Shown here: piece by piece, positions 57,051 through 64,000 of the stretch
Layout of the letters: each line of letters begins with the position of its first letter
Position numbering within the stretch: position 1 is the stretch's first letter
Origin: Oscillospiraceae bacterium
GTDB lineage: Bacteria; Bacillota; Clostridia; Monoglobales; Monoglobaceae
NCBI GenBank assembly: GCA_015068655.1
Contig: SVKC01000004.1
Location: forward strand, 104 to 64,103
Length of the DNA: 64,000 nt
Direction: 5' to 3'
Program-made: the position numbers and the translations under genes
The notes under the pieces: model-generated
What the model was told of the DNA's origin: nothing
Seen by the model: the letters and a program-made list of their open reading frames with translations, nothing else
Databases searched by the model: none

Positions 57051-57377
57051 TTAATCAGCAAATGTTTCTCCGCACTTCTTGCAGTAACGAACATGTGTTC
57101 CGTCCTCCAGAACCTTTCTGCCGATTCTTGTAGCGGCTTTGCACTTTGCGCAAACGTTCATTACCTTACTTGCGTATATGGGAGTTTCCTGGTTGATAAT
57201 ACCACCGGTTTCACCCATACGGCGGGGTTTCTTATGCTTTGTTGCAACTGAAACACCTTCAACAATAACTGTGCGCTTTTCGGGGTTTACAGAAAGAACC
57301 TTGCCTTTCTTGCCCTTATCCTTACCTGAAAGCACAACAACCTTATCTCCGGTCTTAACATGCATTTTTGTACTCAT
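57051..57377 (-). CDS. rplX: 50S ribosomal protein L24 (Cys4 C-terminal variant)
   Basis: KOW motif GDKVVVLSGKDKGKKGKV. The C-terminus carries CAKC...CKKC. Confidence 0.97.
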   Translation of the reverse strand: MSTKMHVKTGDKVVVLSGKDKGKKGKVLSVNPEKRTVIVEGVSVATKHKKPRRMGETGGIINQETPIYASKVMNVCAKCKAATRIGRKVLEDGTHVRYCKKCGETFAD

Positions 57378-57492
57378 GTTTTTTCCTCCTTTCGCAATTA
57401 CTCAGGAATTACAACTTTAAACTTTCAGGAATTTTTCCGCTCCTTCGGGCGTTCCGCCGGAAGAAACAAATCATTCCTTGTTTCAGAACTTA

Positions 57493-57861
57493 TTACAGAA
57501 CTTCAGGAGCAAGAGACAGGATTTTCATGTAATCTTTTTCACGAAGTTCTCTGGCGATTGGGCCAAATATACGTGTACCTCTGGGAGTCTTGTCATCCTT
57601 GATAATAACTGCTGCGTTTTCATCAAATCTGATTTTTGAGCCGTCAGCTCTCTTCACGCCCTGAACGCTACGTACGATAACCGCTTTAACAACATCACCT
57701 TTTTTTACTGCACCGCCGGGAGCTGCCTTTTTAACGGAAGCTACGATAACATCACCGATGTTGCCATAACGACGGTATGAGCCGCCGAGAACACGGATGC
57801 ACATAAGTTCTTTTGCACCGCTGTTGTCAGCAACTTTAAGCAAAGTCTGCTGCTGTACCAT
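57493..57861 (-). CDS. rplN: 50S ribosomal protein L14
   Basis: [27 protein letters not shown].... Confidence 0.98.
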   Translation of the reverse strand: MVQQQTLLKVADNSGAKELMCIRVLGGSYRRYGNIGDVIVASVKKAAPGGAVKKGDVVKAVIVRSVQGVKRADGSKIRFDENAAVIIKDDKTPRGTRIFGPIARELREKDYMKILSLAPEVL

Positions 57862-57908
57862 AATGGATTTCCTCCTATTCTAAAATCATAGTTTGCGGAA
57901 AAGCCAAC

Positions 57909-58169
57909 TTATTTAGCTTTTTCAACGATTTCAACCAGTCTCCATCTCTTGTCCTTTGACAAAGGTCTGGTTTCCATTACTTTTACCTTATCACCTATGC
58001 CGCACTCATTGTTTTCGTCATGAGCCTTGAGCTTGTAGGTGTTCTTCATAACCTTTTTGTAAACCGGGTGCTTAACGCTGTCCTTGATAGCAACAACGAT
58101 TGTCTTGTCCATCTTGTCGCTGACAACTTCACCGATTCTGGTTTTACGATAATTACGCTTTTCTTCCAT
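57909..58169 (-). CDS. rpsQ: 30S ribosomal protein S17
   Basis: 86 aa; sequence and position fit. Confidence 0.97.
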   Translation of the reverse strand: MEEKRNYRKTRIGEVVSDKMDKTIVVAIKDSVKHPVYKKVMKNTYKLKAHDENNECGIGDKVKVMETRPLSKDKRWRLVEIVEKAK

Positions 58170-58187
58170 TAGACCTTACACCTCCTA

Positions 58188-58397
58188 TTAGTTTACGTTG
58201 GCATTAAGGCCAAGCTCTTGTTCCTTCAGAACTGTCTTGAGCCTAGCAATATCCTTCTTTACTGCAACGATTCTCATGGGATTGTCAAGCTGGTTCATTG
58301 CATCCTGAAAACGAAGGTTGAAAAGCTCCTTTTTAAGGTCCTGAATCTTATCGTTTATTTCCTGTGCTGAAAGGTCTCTGATCTCATTTATTTTCAT
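58188..58397 (-). CDS. rpmC: 50S ribosomal protein L29
   Basis: 69 aa; [11 protein letters not shown]. Confidence 0.97.
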   Translation of the reverse strand: MKINEIRDLSAQEINDKIQDLKKELFNLRFQDAMNQLDNPMRIVAVKKDIARLKTVLKEQELGLNANVN

Positions 58398-58828
58398 TAC
58401 ATTTCACCTTCCATTTCCTGATCGGCTTTTCTCACAAACTTACACTTGAGAGGAAGCTTGTGCATAGCAAGACGCATAGCTTCTCTAGCTACTTCTTCGC
58501 TAACGCCGCCGATTTCAAATAATATTCTGCCGGGCTTAACAACTGCAACCCAGTACTCAGGTGAACCCTTACCACTACCCATACGAGTTTCAGCAGGCTT
58601 CTCTGTTACAGGCTTGTCGGGGAATATCTTAATCCAAACCTGACCGCCTCTCTTTGTATAACGTGTCATAGCAATACGGGCTGCTTCAATCTGGTTGCTT
58701 GTAATCCAAGCGGGAGACTGAGCCTGAAGACCGAACTCACCGTAAACAACCTTGTTACCGCGAGAAGCCTTGCCCTTCATTCTGCCACGCATAACTCTTC
58801 TGTATTTAACTCTTTTTGGTGATAACAT
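58397..58828 (-). CDS. rplP: 50S ribosomal protein L16
   Basis: [21 protein letters not shown].... Confidence 0.98.
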   Translation of the reverse strand: MLSPKRVKYRRVMRGRMKGKASRGNKVVYGEFGLQAQSPAWITSNQIEAARIAMTRYTKRGGQVWIKIFPDKPVTEKPAETRMGSGKGSPEYWVAVVKPGRILFEIGGVSEEVAREAMRLAMHKLPLKCKFVRKADQEMEGEM

Positions 58829-59517
58829 TACTTTCTTCCTCCTTCCGCTTTCTTGGCAGGAGCTTTTGTTTCTCTACCTTTCTTGCCTTCTGCAAGAACT
58901 TCGCCCTTGTAAATCCAAACCTTTACACCGAGCTTACCATAAGTGGTGTCAGCTTCAGCAAAACCATAATCAATGTCAGCACGAAGTGTCTGCAGCGGAA
59001 TAGTACCCTCATGATACTGCTCTGTACGAGCGATTTCTGCACCGCCTACACGACCTGAAACTGCTGTCTTGATACCCTTTGCACCAAGCTTCATAGTTCT
59101 TGCCATGCACTGCTTCATAGCTTTTCTGAAGGAGATACGTCTCTCAAGCTGTGATGCAATGTTCTCAGCAACGAGCTGAGCACAAAGATCAGGTGTCTTA
59201 ACCTCGATTACGTTAAGAATAACTGTCTTGCCTGTAAGAGCTTCAACTTCCTTCTTCAGCTTGTCAATTTCACTACCGCCCTTACCGATAACAATACCGG
59301 GCTTAGCAGCGTGAATAGAAAGACGAATCTTGTTTGCGAACTTTTCTATTTCAATTTTATCAACGCCGGCGAGATAGAGCTTTTTCTTGAGGAAAACTCT
59401 GAGGTTGTAATCTTCAACGAGATTATCGCCGTAGTTCTTCTTGTCAGCGTACCAACGTGAATCCCAGTCTTTTATAATACCAACTCGGATACCGTGGGGA
59501 TTAACCTTCTGACCCAT
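58828..59517 (-). CDS. rpsC: 30S ribosomal protein S3
   Basis: [24 protein letters not shown].... Confidence 0.98.
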   Translation of the reverse strand: MGQKVNPHGIRVGIIKDWDSRWYADKKNYGDNLVEDYNLRVFLKKKLYLAGVDKIEIEKFANKIRLSIHAAKPGIVIGKGGSEIDKLKKEVEALTGKTVILNVIEVKTPDLCAQLVAENIASQLERRISFRKAMKQCMARTMKLGAKGIKTAVSGRVGGAEIARTEQYHEGTIPLQTLRADIDYGFAEADTTYGKLGVKVWIYKGEVLAEGKKGRETKAPAKKAEGGRK

Positions 59518-59541
59518 GCTAAATTACCTCCTTTTTCAAGA

Positions 59542-59877
59542 TTATTCCATTTCTTTAAGTTTCAAAGTGATGTGACTTGTCTTCTTGTTGATTCTGAAGG
59601 CACGTCCCTGAGCTCTGGCCTGAACTCTCTTGAGTGTGGGGCCCTGATCCGCAAATACTTCTGAAACATAAAGATTTTCAACATTCATACTGTGGTTGTT
59701 TTCAGCGTTTGCCATAGCAGACAACAACAACTTTTCAACAACCGGGCTTGCAGCCTTGGGAGTGTTCTTGAGAATACCAAGAGCAACGCCAACCGGCTTG
59801 TTTCTGATTAAATCTATAACTATACGCACCTTTCTGGGAGCGATGCGTACGTGAGTAACCTTTGCTACTGCTTCCAT
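59542..59877 (-). CDS. rplV: 50S ribosomal protein L22
   Basis: 111 aa; [17 protein letters not shown]. Confidence 0.97.
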   Translation of the reverse strand: MEAVAKVTHVRIAPRKVRIVIDLIRNKPVGVALGILKNTPKAASPVVEKLLLSAMANAENNHSMNVENLYVSEVFADQGPTLKRVQARAQGRAFRINKKTSHITLKLKEME

Positions 59878-59932
59878 TGCTCTGCAGCTCCTTTCCTATT
59901 AATTCACAGAAAAAACTTCATTAACTCAAAGA

Positions 59933-60205
59933 TTATTTAGAAGTTTTAGCACCTGCATGACCCTTGTAAGTTCTAGTTGGAGCGAATTCTCCAAGCTTAT
60001 GACCAACCATGTCCTCTGTTACATAAACGGGAACATGCTTTCTGCCGTCATAAACTGCGATTGTATGACCAACCATTTCAGGGAAAATAGTAGATGCTCT
60101 TGACCATGTTTTAATAACGACTTTTTCGTTCTTTTCGTTCATTGCTACAATCTTTGCAAGCAACTTCGCATCAACGAAAGGTCCTTTTTTAATACTACGA
60201 CCCAT
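59933..60205 (-). CDS. rpsS: 30S ribosomal protein S19
   Basis: [16 protein letters not shown].... Confidence 0.98.
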   Translation of the reverse strand: MGRSIKKGPFVDAKLLAKIVAMNEKNEKVVIKTWSRASTIFPEMVGHTIAVYDGRKHVPVYVTEDMVGHKLGEFAPTRTYKGHAGAKTSK

Positions 60206-60223
60206 GAAGTGACCTCCTTAAAA

Positions 60224-61057
60224 TTATTTAGCGTTACGACGCTTAACGATGAACTTGTCTGTCTTGTTCTTTTTGTCTCTTGTCTTGTAACCAAGAGCAG
60301 GCTTACCCCAGGGAGTAACAGGTGAGGGTCTACCGATAGGTGACTTACCTTCACCACCGCCGTGAGGATGGTCATTGGGGTTCATAACAACACCACGAAC
60401 TGTGGGTCTGAAGCCCATATGACGTTTTCTGCCGGCTTTACCAAGGTTGATGTTTTCGTAATCTGTGTTACCAACCTGACCGATTGTAGCACGACAGTCA
60501 AGACGAACCAGTCTAACTTCACCGGAGGGAAGTCTTACCTGACCATAACCGTTTTCTTTTGCCATCAACTGTGCAAAAACACCTGCACTACGAACGAGCT
60601 GACCGCCCTTGCCGGGATAAAGCTCAACGTTGTAAATAAGTGTACCAACAGGGATGTCTGCAATTTCAAGTGTGTTGCCGGGCTTAATATCTGCACCCTT
60701 ACCTGAAACAACAACGTCACCTTTCTTCAGTGAAACAGGAGCGATGATGTAAGTCTTTACTCCGTCTTCATACTGGAGAAGAGCAATGTTTGCGCTACGG
60801 TTAGGATCGTATTCGATTGCGAGAACAGTTGCGGGGATACCGTCCTTGTTTCTCTTGAAATCGATTACTCTGTATTTTCTCTTTGTGCCGCCGCCACGGT
60901 GTCTAACTGTAATTCTTCCGTAAGAGTTACGACCAGCTTTGCTGTGAAGGGGACGAAGAAGTGATCTTTCGGGCTCCTTCTTGTCGATTTCCTCAAATGT
61001 AGAAACAGTCATCTGACGCAGCGAAGGTGTTGTAGGATTATATTTTCTAATTCCCAT
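60224..61057 (-). CDS. rplB: 50S ribosomal protein L2
   Basis: 277 aa; [15 protein letters not shown]...[11 protein letters not shown]. Confidence 0.98.
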   Translation of the reverse strand: MGIRKYNPTTPSLRQMTVSTFEEIDKKEPERSLLRPLHSKAGRNSYGRITVRHRGGGTKRKYRVIDFKRNKDGIPATVLAIEYDPNRSANIALLQYEDGVKTYIIAPVSLKKGDVVVSGKGADIKPGNTLEIADIPVGTLIYNVELYPGKGGQLVRSAGVFAQLMAKENGYGQVRLPSGEVRLVRLDCRATIGQVGNTDYENINLGKAGRKRHMGFRPTVRGVVMNPNDHPHGGGEGKSPIGRPSPVTPWGKPALGYKTRDKKNKTDKFIVKRRNAK

Positions 61058-61092
61058 TTTTACATCTCCTTAATCTACGATTTTTGTGGTTC

Positions 61093-61386
61093 TTAGTTTT
61101 CAAACCACTCGATGGTCTTGCTGTCTTCAGTAAGCTTAACTACTGCTTTCTTCCAGTCAGCTCTCTTACCTACATGAACGCCCATTCTCTTGGGTTTTCC
61201 GATGTAGTTGATGGTTGTTACCTTCTGAACTGTTACACCCTTGAAGATTTCTTCAATAGCTTTTTTAATCTGGATTTTGTTAGCAGACTTGTCAACTACG
61301 AAAGTGTACTTCTTTTCAGCAACAGCCGCCATACTCTGTTCTGTGATGATGGGTTTTCTGATAATATCATAAGCTGTCTTTTTCAT
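61093..61386 (-). CDS. rplW: 50S ribosomal protein L23
   Basis: [18 protein letters not shown].... ATG at 61386 shares one base with the rplD stop (TAATG). The ORF-track start is 61437. Confidence 0.97.
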   Translation of the reverse strand: MKKTAYDIIRKPIITEQSMAAVAEKKYTFVVDKSANKIQIKKAIEEIFKGVTVQKVTTINYIGKPKRMGVHVGKRADWKKAVVKLTEDSKTIEWFEN

Positions 61387-62009
61387 TATGCGTACACCTC
61401 CTCGAGTTTTGAAACTGCATCCTTCACGATGATGCACTTTGTATGTCCAAGTACCTCGTAAGTGTTGATTGCGCCAACGAAAGTTGTGTCAACACCCTTG
61501 ATGTTTCTTGCTGAACAAACAACATTCTTGTCGTTTTCAGGAAGAACGATGAGGGCTTTTTCAGTAACACCGAGGTTCTTCAGGATTTCAGCCATCTTAG
61601 CTGTCTTGATTTCATCAAGCTTAAGATCTTCAAGAACGATGATGTCATTGTCAACAACCTTTGAAGAAAGAGCAGACTTGAGAGCAAGTCTTCTTACCTT
61701 CTTGTTTACTGAGTATCTGTAATCTCTGGGCTTGGGACCGAGGGCTACGCCGCCGCCAACCCACTGTGGAGCACGGATACTACCCTGTCTTGCACGGCCG
61801 GTACCCTTCTGTCTCCAGGGCTTAATTCCGCCGCCGCTTACTTCTGTACGTGTTTTTGTGCTCTGTGTGCCCTGTCTCTGGTTTGCAAGGTAGTTCACAA
61901 CTACTTCATGCATAACGTCAGGTCTAACCTCAACACCAAACACGCTGTCATTCAATTCTATATCACCAACCTTAGCACCGGTTGTGTTATATAAAGCTAC
62001 TGTAGGCAT
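61386..62009 (-). CDS. rplD: 50S ribosomal protein L4
   Basis: 207 aa; [21 protein letters not shown]. Confidence 0.98.
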   Translation of the reverse strand: MPTVALYNTTGAKVGDIELNDSVFGVEVRPDVMHEVVVNYLANQRQGTQSTKTRTEVSGGGIKPWRQKGTGRARQGSIRAPQWVGGGVALGPKPRDYRYSVNKKVRRLALKSALSSKVVDNDIIVLEDLKLDEIKTAKMAEILKNLGVTEKALIVLPENDKNVVCSARNIKGVDTTFVGAINTYEVLGHTKCIIVKDAVSKLEEVYA

Positions 62010-62034
62010 ATCTTATATCCTCCTCTCTCTCAGC

Positions 62035-62670
62035 TTAGGCATTTGCCTTAACTGCGTTCTTAACTACGAGCAAACCGCCCTTAGGACCGGGAACTGAACC
62101 CTTAACCAAAAGAAGGTTGCGTTCTGTATCTACTTTTACAAGACTGAGGTTCTGGATTGTAACCTTGTCAACACCGTAATGTCCGGGAAGTCTCTTACCC
62201 TTGTAAACACGTGAGGGTGATGAACAAGCACCCAAAGAACCGGGTCCTCTGTGATAATGGCTACCGTGAGTCATAGGACCTCTGTGAGTTCCCCATCTTT
62301 TGATTGTGCCAGCATATCCGTGACCCTTGCTTGTACCAGTAACGTCAAGGATGTCGCCTGCTTCAAAGATGTCAACTTTGATTTCGTCGCCAACATTCAT
62401 ATCAGCCGCATTGTCAAGCTTGAACTCTCTGAGGTATCTCTTGGGAGCAACGCCTGCTTTTGCGAAATGACCCTTCATAGGCTTGTTTACGTTCTTTTCT
62501 TTCTTGTCCTCGAAGCCAACCTGAACAGCAACGTAACCGTCAACTTCAGCTGTCTTCTTCTGAACTACACTGCAGGGACCTGCTTCAATTACTGTAACAG
62601 GAATGAGTGTACCGTCTTCTGCAAAAATCTGAGTCATACCGAGCTTTTTGCCTAAGATTGCTTTTTTCAT
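62035..62670 (-). CDS. rplC: 50S ribosomal protein L3
   Basis: [33 protein letters not shown].... Confidence 0.98.
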   Translation of the reverse strand: MKKAILGKKLGMTQIFAEDGTLIPVTVIEAGPCSVVQKKTAEVDGYVAVQVGFEDKKEKNVNKPMKGHFAKAGVAPKRYLREFKLDNAADMNVGDEIKVDIFEAGDILDVTGTSKGHGYAGTIKRWGTHRGPMTHGSHYHRGPGSLGACSSPSRVYKGKRLPGHYGVDKVTIQNLSLVKVDTERNLLLVKGSVPGPKGGLLVVKNAVKANA

Positions 62671-62779
62671 AATTTTTCCTCCTATTCACACGCATCGGTT
62701 TGAAAACAAACATACATGCGGGTTATTGGTTGACGAAAAACGCCAACATGACCAAAATTTTTTTACCGGAAATACTCAA

Positions 62780-63088
62780 CTATATCTTGAGCTCGATGTC
62801 TACACCTGCCGGCAAATCAAGGTGCTTGAGTGCGTCAATAGTCTTGGCGTTGGGAGCCAAAACGTCGATCAATCTCTTGTGAGTTCTGAGTTCGAACTGC
62901 TCACGGCTGTCCTTGTACTTGTGAACTGCTCTGAGGATTGTAACGACTTCCTTCTTTGTGGGGAGCGGGATAGGTCCTGAAACCTTAGCTCCTGTTCTCT
63001 TGGCTGTCTCAACAATCTTCTCGGCACTCTGGTCGATAAGATTGTGGTCATAAGCCTTAAGTCTGATTCTGATCTTCTCAGCTGCCAT
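62780..63088 (-). CDS. rpsJ: 30S ribosomal protein S10
   Basis: [44 protein letters not shown].... Confidence 0.98.
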   Translation of the reverse strand: MAAEKIRIRLKAYDHNLIDQSAEKIVETAKRTGAKVSGPIPLPTKKEVVTILRAVHKYKDSREQFELRTHKRLIDVLAPNAKTIDALKHLDLPAGVDIELKI

Positions 63089-63150
63089 GCTGTACCCTCC
63101 TTCAAAAATTACTTTTGATTTTTCCGCTGTGCCGGGCGTTTCGCACAGCT

Positions 63151-63204
63151 AAATAATAAAACCCGAACCTCTATTTTTGCTTTCACAAAGATGCGGTTTC
63201 GGGG
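63151..63204 (-). promoter_or_regulatory. intrinsic-terminator-like attenuator hairpin in the S10 operon leader
   Basis: Minus strand: CCCCGAAACC-N25-GGTTCGGG followed by TTTTATTATTT, 65-115 nt upstream of the rpsJ ATG. A second 7-bp hairpin, GCTGTGC-N10-GCACAGC, lies at 63126-63149. Confidence 0.5.
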
Positions 63205-63388
63205 CATAAACACAACGCAATCCGAGCCCATCAGCATACTGAGCCCGAAAATCTTGCTGTATTCAATTGAAAGTGTGACCTTCCGCCCTGTTTTGAAAAC
63301 CGGACAATCTCCTCCGAAATTTCCAGTCTCTCGAAAAAACAAGAGCTGCTACCTCCGGAATCATCGTATGTCTTTGTCACGCCCTGAT

Positions 63389-63418
63389 ATTATACTACAC
63401 TTTTAATGCAAAAGTCAA
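63389..63418 (-). promoter_or_regulatory. S10 operon promoter
   Basis: Minus strand: TTGACT-N18-TATAAT, preceded by an A/T-rich UP-like tract. Predicts a ~295-nt leader. Confidence 0.7.
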
Positions 63419-63451
63419 GTATTTTTTTCAAATTTTTTTAAAAAATTTTCC

Positions 63452-63556
63452 TTCACTCTCCAAAGCCTTGTGTAAAGGGAGGGGGACCACCGAAGGTGGT
63501 GGAGGGATTGTAAGCGAACCAAAGAACCAATTTTTTCTTGCAAAATTCTTCCTTTT
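63452..63556 (+). repeat. 105-bp direct repeat, copy 1 (REP-like double hairpin plus promoter -35)
   Basis: Identical to 63896-64000 except one base (63525 A vs 63969 G). Contains CCACC-gaa-GGTGG and ends in TTGCAA plus spacer. Confidence 0.95.
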
Positions 63557-63566
63557 GTTATATAAT
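63538..63566 (+). promoter_or_regulatory. sigma-A promoter reading rightwards
   Basis: TTGCAA-N17-TATAAT. The -35 and most of the spacer lie inside repeat copy 1. Confidence 0.65.
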
Positions 63567-63662
63567 GATTTCAGGCAAGATTTCTTAACGGTGTTTACAC
63601 CGGCGGTTATGTCCACCTTTACATACAAGCTTTGTGCTGAGTTTATGAAAGGGGGAATGCTT

Positions 63663-63791
63663 ATGAAAAGTAAGCATATTGCTACATATGGCAAAAAAAT
63701 TGCTCTTTGCAATTTTAGAAATTATCATACTTCTGATAATTTTTTCCATAAAAGCACAATAGCCGCCCTCTGCCAAGGTCGGCTATTGTAA
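63663..63791 (+). CDS. candidate small ORF (42 aa, basic)
   Basis: MKSKHIATYGKKIALCNFRNYHTSDNFFHKSTIAALCQGRLL. Strong RBS GGGGGA 6 nt upstream. Downstream of the 63538 promoter. No recognisable family. Confidence 0.3.
   Translation: MKSKHIATYGKKIALCNFRNYHTSDNFFHKSTIAALCQGRLL
63688..63762 (+). CDS. candidate small hydrophobic ORF (24 aa), +1 frame inside the 42-aa ORF
   Basis: Own translation: MAKKLLFAILEIIILLIIFSIKAQ, a basic N-terminus followed by one TM-like helix. No clear SD. The stop lies in the left arm of the 63756-63789 hairpin. Confidence 0.2.
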   Translation: MAKKLLFAILEIIILLIIFSIKAQ

Positions 63792-63838
63792 AAAATAGTC
63801 TATTTATGGCATAACCGTTTGAGGTCTTGCCTTTTTGT
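63748..63838 (-). ncRNA. candidate ~90-nt antisense sRNA
   Basis: Predicted from the perfect minus-strand promoter at 63845-63873 and the hairpin ACAATAGCCG-N14-CGGCTATTGT (63789-63756) followed by GCTTTTATGG. Complementary to the 3' part of the plus-strand small-ORF transcript. Confidence 0.4.
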
Positions 63839-63840
63839 AT
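63808..63840 (+). terminator. terminator-like hairpin for the plus-strand small-ORF transcript
   Basis: GGCATAACC-gtttga-GGTCTTGCC (9-bp stem with a 2-nt internal mismatch) followed by TTTTTGTATTTTT. Confidence 0.45.
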
Positions 63841-63844
63841 TTTT

Positions 63845-63873
63845 ATTATATAGGATATTTCGTATTTTGTCAA
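63845..63873 (-). promoter_or_regulatory. perfect-consensus sigma-A promoter reading leftwards
   Basis: Minus strand: TTGACA-N17-TATAAT, exact at both hexamers. Confidence 0.7.
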
Positions 63874-63895
63874 CTGTTTTTTGTTGGTTAATATA

Positions 63896-64000
63896 TTCAC
63901 TCTCCAAAGCCTTGTGTAAAGGGAGGGGGACCACCGAAGGTGGTGGAGGGATTGTAAGCGAACCAAAGGACCAATTTTTTCTTGCAAAATTCTTCCTTTT
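63896..64000 (+). repeat. 105-bp direct repeat, copy 2 (runs into the window edge)
   Basis: See copy 1. The copy is truncated by the end of the window exactly in the promoter spacer, so the true repeat may be longer. Confidence 0.95.

Noticed and set aside
63428-63987. Minus-strand ORFs 63428..63712 (94 aa) and 63715..63987 (90 aa), and the long plus ORF 63468..63791 (107 aa)
   Set aside because: They read through the 105-bp repeats, promoters and hairpins (translations such as PPPPSVVPLPLHKALE come from the GC-rich hairpin unit). Only the RBS-preceded 3' portion of the plus ORF was kept, as a low-confidence small ORF.
63452-64000. Possible CRISPR array (identical direct repeats)
   Set aside because: There are only two copies, 105 bp long and 339 bp apart. 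They contain a promoter and REP-like hairpins. No cas genes or short regular spacing are present.

Overview
64-kb window from a spore-forming, S-layer-bearing Firmicute (Clostridia-like; SLH proteins, spoIIP). All but 2-3 genes lie on the minus strand. There are three blocks. (i) 1-25951 is one ~26-kb co-directional operon. It encodes an LplABC-type sugar ABC importer (no ATPase), six large secreted proteins (~6,260 aa in total) and a cytoplasmic module. The secreted proteins are built from F5/8-type-C (discoidin) domains, right-handed beta-helices, a metallophosphoesterase and SLH anchors. The cytoplasmic module is a Gfo/Idh/MocA oxidoreductase, an SGNH esterase and two xylose-isomerase-like TIM barrels (one cut by the window edge). 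I cannot assign a named glycoside hydrolase or lyase family by eye, so this is the best candidate for an undescribed glycan-processing system. (ii) 26.1-46.3 kb holds a highly expressed SLH S-layer gene with three tandem consensus promoters, followed by housekeeping genes: trmFO, M14 peptidase, an orphan fumarase alpha subunit, spoIIP, pnuC, recR-queG-rlmD, metK, a flavin-reductase-rubredoxin fusion and a HAD hydrolase. (iii) 46.4-63.1 kb is a complete canonical S10-spc-alpha ribosomal cluster (rpsJ to rplQ) with a long structured leader. Non-coding signals include a ~140-bp MITE-like element in two inverted copies. There is also a family of GC-rich double-hairpin REP-like units showing stem covariation. 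At the right edge, 105-bp promoter-carrying direct repeats flank a convergent promoter pair with small ORFs and an antisense sRNA candidate (type I toxin-antitoxin-like layout). No tRNA, rRNA, CRISPR array, transposase or integrase was recognised. All domain calls come from reading translations by eye; no searches were run.
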